A DNA stretch of 63,885 nt, counting the filler, from Chiloscyllium plagiosum (Eukaryota), in the NCBI RefSeq assembly GCF_004010195.1. It is 6 parts of one record of this genome, joined end to end, with 100 filler letters (N's around TTAATTAATTAA, not from the genome) between each part and the next. Parts side by side here need not be neighbours in the genome. Positions count along the whole stretch, not along the records: positions 59,898 to 63,885 come from NC_057714.1; 5 more parts are not named here. One strand, given 5' to 3'. Within the stretch, counting starts at the first letter, position 1, and every line of letters begins with the position of its first letter. Positions 60,545 to 63,885 of the stretch are shown one piece after another. The notes beneath the pieces were generated by a model. That model worked only from the letters and a program-made list of their open reading frames with translations. It did not search any database and had not been told where the DNA came from. A program made the translations under genes and the position numbers.

Positions 60545-63050
60545 TGAGCTCCAGCTGTGCTCTAACCAAAGTCCTGTGCAGCTCCAACATGTCGTCCTGC
60601 TCTTATAATCTGTGCCATGATAGATAAGGGCAAGTGACCCGAATGCCTCCTTAACCACCCTATTAACCTGTGCTGCTGCCTTCAGGGGTCTGTGGATAAA
60701 CACAGCAAGATCTATCAAGGGGCGGTGATTAGATTGTGTCTTATGGAGACGATCTTTACCTGGCATTTGTTCAACACAAGTGTCACTTGCCATTTGTCAG
60801 CCCAAACCTGGATATTGTCCAGATCTTGCTGTATTTGGACACGGACTGCTCTAGTACCTGGGGGGCTGTGAATGAAGTTGAACATTGTGCAGTTATCGGC
60901 CCCACCTCTGACCTTGGGATGGAGGGAAGGTCATACCCTGAGATGACTGACCTCCAGCAACCATGACCACCTTCCTGTATGTCAGGTTTGACTCCAACCA
61001 GCAGAGAGTTTGAGAGTAGAGCAATACAGTACAGAGACACACTGCCTGTGTGCAGTCCGTATCCCCCTGCTCCCTGTCTATTCATATATCTGTTACAATG
61101 CCTCGTAAATATTGCTATTGTATCTGACTCCACCCCTTCCTCTGGCAGGGACTTACCACCCTCGGTGTAAAAATACTTCCCTCTCACATCTCCTTTTAAC
61201 TTTCCCTTCTTTTACCTAAAACCTATGTCTCCAAATAATTGACCTTGCTACTCTGACCATCCATTCTAGCCATACCTTCCATAATTTTGTAAACTTTGAT
61301 CAGGTTGCCCTCTTATCCTTCAGCGTTTAGAATACTGTGTACAGTTCTGGTCGCCACATTACCAAAAGGATGTGGACGCTTTGGAGAGGGTGCAGAGAAG
61401 GTTTACGAGGATGTTGCCTGGTATGGAAGGTGTGAGCCATGAAGAGAGGTTGAGTAGGTTAGGATTGTTTTCATTAGAAAAAAGAAGATTGAGGGGGCAC
61501 CTGATTGAGGTTTACAAAATCATGAAGGGTATCGACAGGGTGGATAGAGAACAAGCTTTTTCCCATGGAGAAGGATTCAATAACAAGAGGTCACGCTTTC
61601 AAAGTGAGAGGTGGAAAGTTTATGGGGGATACACGCGGCAAGTACCTCACACAGAGGGTGGTGGGCGTCTGGAACACGTTGCCAGCAGAGGTGGTAGAGG
61701 CAGGCACGGTAGATTCATTTAAGATGCGTCTGGACAGATGCATGAGTAGGTGGGGAGCAGAGGGATACAGATGCTTAGGAATTGGATGACAGGTTTAGAC
61801 AGTGGACTTGGATCGGCTCAGGCTTGGAGGGCCGAAGGGCCTGTTCCTGGGCTGTACATTGTCTTTGTTCTTTTTTTGTTCTTTGTTCAAATGAAAACAA
61901 ACCAAGTTTGTCCAGTCTCTCCTCATAGCCAACACCCTCCAGACCAGGCAACACCCTGGTGAACAGTTTCTGTACCCTTTCCAAAAACTCCACTTCCTTC
62001 CGGTAGTGTGGTGACCAGAACTGTGCTCAACGCTCCAAATGTGGCCTGAGAAAGTTCTGTACAGCTGCGATGTTTATACTCGATGCCCCAGCTGATGAAA
62101 GCAAGCATGCCATATGTGTCTTCTTGACCACCTTATCCAGTTGTGTTGTCACGTTTAGGGAACTGGTGATTTGTACGCCCAGATCCCTCTGTGTGTTGAT
62201 ACGTCCCCCCTGCATTACATCTTCCAAAATGCATCACATCACATTTGTCCAAATTAAACTCCATTTGCCATTTCTCCACCCAATTCTCCAACCTTTATAT
62301 ATTCTCCCCACTATCCTTGGGGCATGGGAAATTGTACCTCACGAACCTGATTGGGTTTTTTTTGAAAAGGTGACAATGAAGGTTGATGAAGGCAGAGTGG
62401 GGGACATTTTCTATATGGACTTCAGCAATACATTTGACAAGGTTTCACATGGTGGACTGGTTAGCAAGGTTAGGTCACATGGGATCCAGGGGAGATAGCC
62501 AATTGGAGATAAGATTAGCTTGAAGGTTAGACACACAGGGTGGTGGTGGGGGGATGTTTTTCAGACTGGAACCCTGTGACCAGCGCTGTGCCACAGAGAT
62601 CAGTGCCGGGTCCACTGTTTCTTTGTCATTTATGTAAATGATTTGGATGTGAATAAAGGGGGTATCGTTAGTACATTTGCAGGTGGAGGTGTAGTGGACA
62701 GCGAAGAAGGGTATCTCAGATTACAACAGGATCTGGACTAGATGGGCCAATGGGCTGAGAAGTGACAGATGGAGTTTAATTCAGATAAATGTGAAAACAA
62801 ATTTGCATTTTGGGAAAGCAAATCTTAGCAGGACTTATACACTTAATGTTAAGGTCCTAGGGAGTGTTGCTGAACAAAGAGACCTTGGAGTGCAGGTTCA
62901 TAGCTCCATGAAGGTGGAGTCGCAGGTAGATAGGATAGTGAAGAAGGCATTTGGTGTGCTTTCCTTTATTGGTCAGAGTATTGAGTACAGGAGTTGAGAG
63001 GTCATGTTGCAGCTATACAGGATATTGGTTAGGCCACTTTTGGAGTACTG
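60545..63050. mobile_element. Mosaic of LINE fragments, mostly CR1 (+ 61325-61890, + 62320-63050, - 60545-61320, - 61890-62310)
   Basis: LERVQRRFTR, YMDFSNTFDKVSH, DRIVKKAFG motifs. Confidence 0.85.
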
Positions 63051-63144
63051 GTTTACAGCTCCACCTTCAACACCATTATCCCGTCCAGACTGATCTCAAA
63101 CCTCCGTGCCCTTGATCTCGGTTCTGCCCTCTACAACTGGATTC

Positions 63145-63885
63145 TGGATCAGTGGTGCTGGAAGAGCACAGCAATTCAGCACCACTGTTGAAGTCCACAT
63201 TGATGCCCTGGGGTTGAAGTGTTCCGAGGCGGAAGATGAGGTGTTCTTCCTCCAGGCGTCTGGTGGTGAGGGAGCGGCGGTGGAGGAGGCCCAGCACCTC
63301 CATATCCTCGGCAGAGTGGGAGGGGGAGTTGAAATGTTGAGCCACTGGGCGATGTGGTTGATTGGTGCGGGTGTCCCGGAGATGTTCCCTAAAGCGCTGT
63401 GCTAGGAGGCGCCCAGTCTCCCCAATGTAGAGGAGACCGCATCGGGAGCAACGGATACAATAGATGATATTAGTGGATGTGCAGGTAAAACTTTGATGGA
63501 TGTGGAAAGCTCCTTTGGGGCCTTGGATGGAGGTGAGGGAGGAGGTGTGGGCGTGGATTTCAACAGTTTCCTCATGTCCCCTTCCCCCACCTCATCCTAG
63601 CTTCTAACCTCCCGCAACTCGATCCCCTGACCTGTCCGGACTTGTCCGACCTGCCCAGCTCCTTTTCCACCTATCCACTCCACCCTCTCCTCCCTGACCT
63701 ATCACCTTCATCTCCTCCCCCACTGACCTATTGTACTCTATGCTACTCTCTCCCCACCCCCACCCTCCTCTAGCTTATCTCTCCACGCTTCAGGCTCTCT
63801 GCCTTTATTCCTGATGAAGGGCTTTTGCCCGAAACGTCGATTTTGCCTGTCCTCGGATGCTGCCTGAATTGCTGTGCTCTTCCAG
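63145..63885. mobile_element. Penelope-like element with inverted GIY-YIG segment (63180-63552, -) and + strand terminus
   Basis: NIIYCIRCSRCGLLYIGETGRLLAQRFREH..LEEEHLIFRLGTLQPQGINVDF. Confidence 0.92.
63807..63842 (+). ncRNA. Minimal hammerhead ribozyme motif, intact core
   Basis: ATTC-CTGATGA-A-GGGC-TTTT-GCCC-GAAA-CGTC-GATT. Confidence 0.72.

Overview
This is repeat-dense vertebrate genomic DNA, almost certainly from a shark: it carries HE1-type SINEs, abundant CR1 LINEs and Penelope-like elements. Host genes: (1) five consecutive, phase-compatible + strand exons of alanine aminotransferase (GPT/ALT, 1886-18545), including the PLP-binding lysine, with 5' and 3' exons absent; (2) two - strand exons of IQANK1 joined by a GC-AG intron (37470-37578, 30855-30954); (3) one 194-bp - strand exon of a divergent plakin-family gene (60006-60199). 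These resemble the human 8q24.3 neighbours GPT, IQANK1 and PLEC/EPPK1. Most of the rest is a nested pile of decayed retroelements (CR1, Rex/Babar, a second LINE with a partner SINE, Tx1-like, Gypsy, Penelope-like) plus two minisatellites. Five 100-bp N/TTAATTAATTAA/N blocks are artificial scaffold linkers. The most interesting signals are: all three Gypsy-type LTR 3' halves start at the same AAACAGG site, two of them directly behind a Tx1-like 3' end, suggesting an LTR-targeting site-specific retrotransposon; many minimal hammerhead-ribozyme cores from several Penelope-like families; a palindromic Penelope-derived insert with a 15-bp TSD; and inverted CR1s bracketing an in-frame two-exon GPT module. 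Family names come from recalled motifs, not database searches. Repeat boundaries are approximate; exon boundaries were read base by base.
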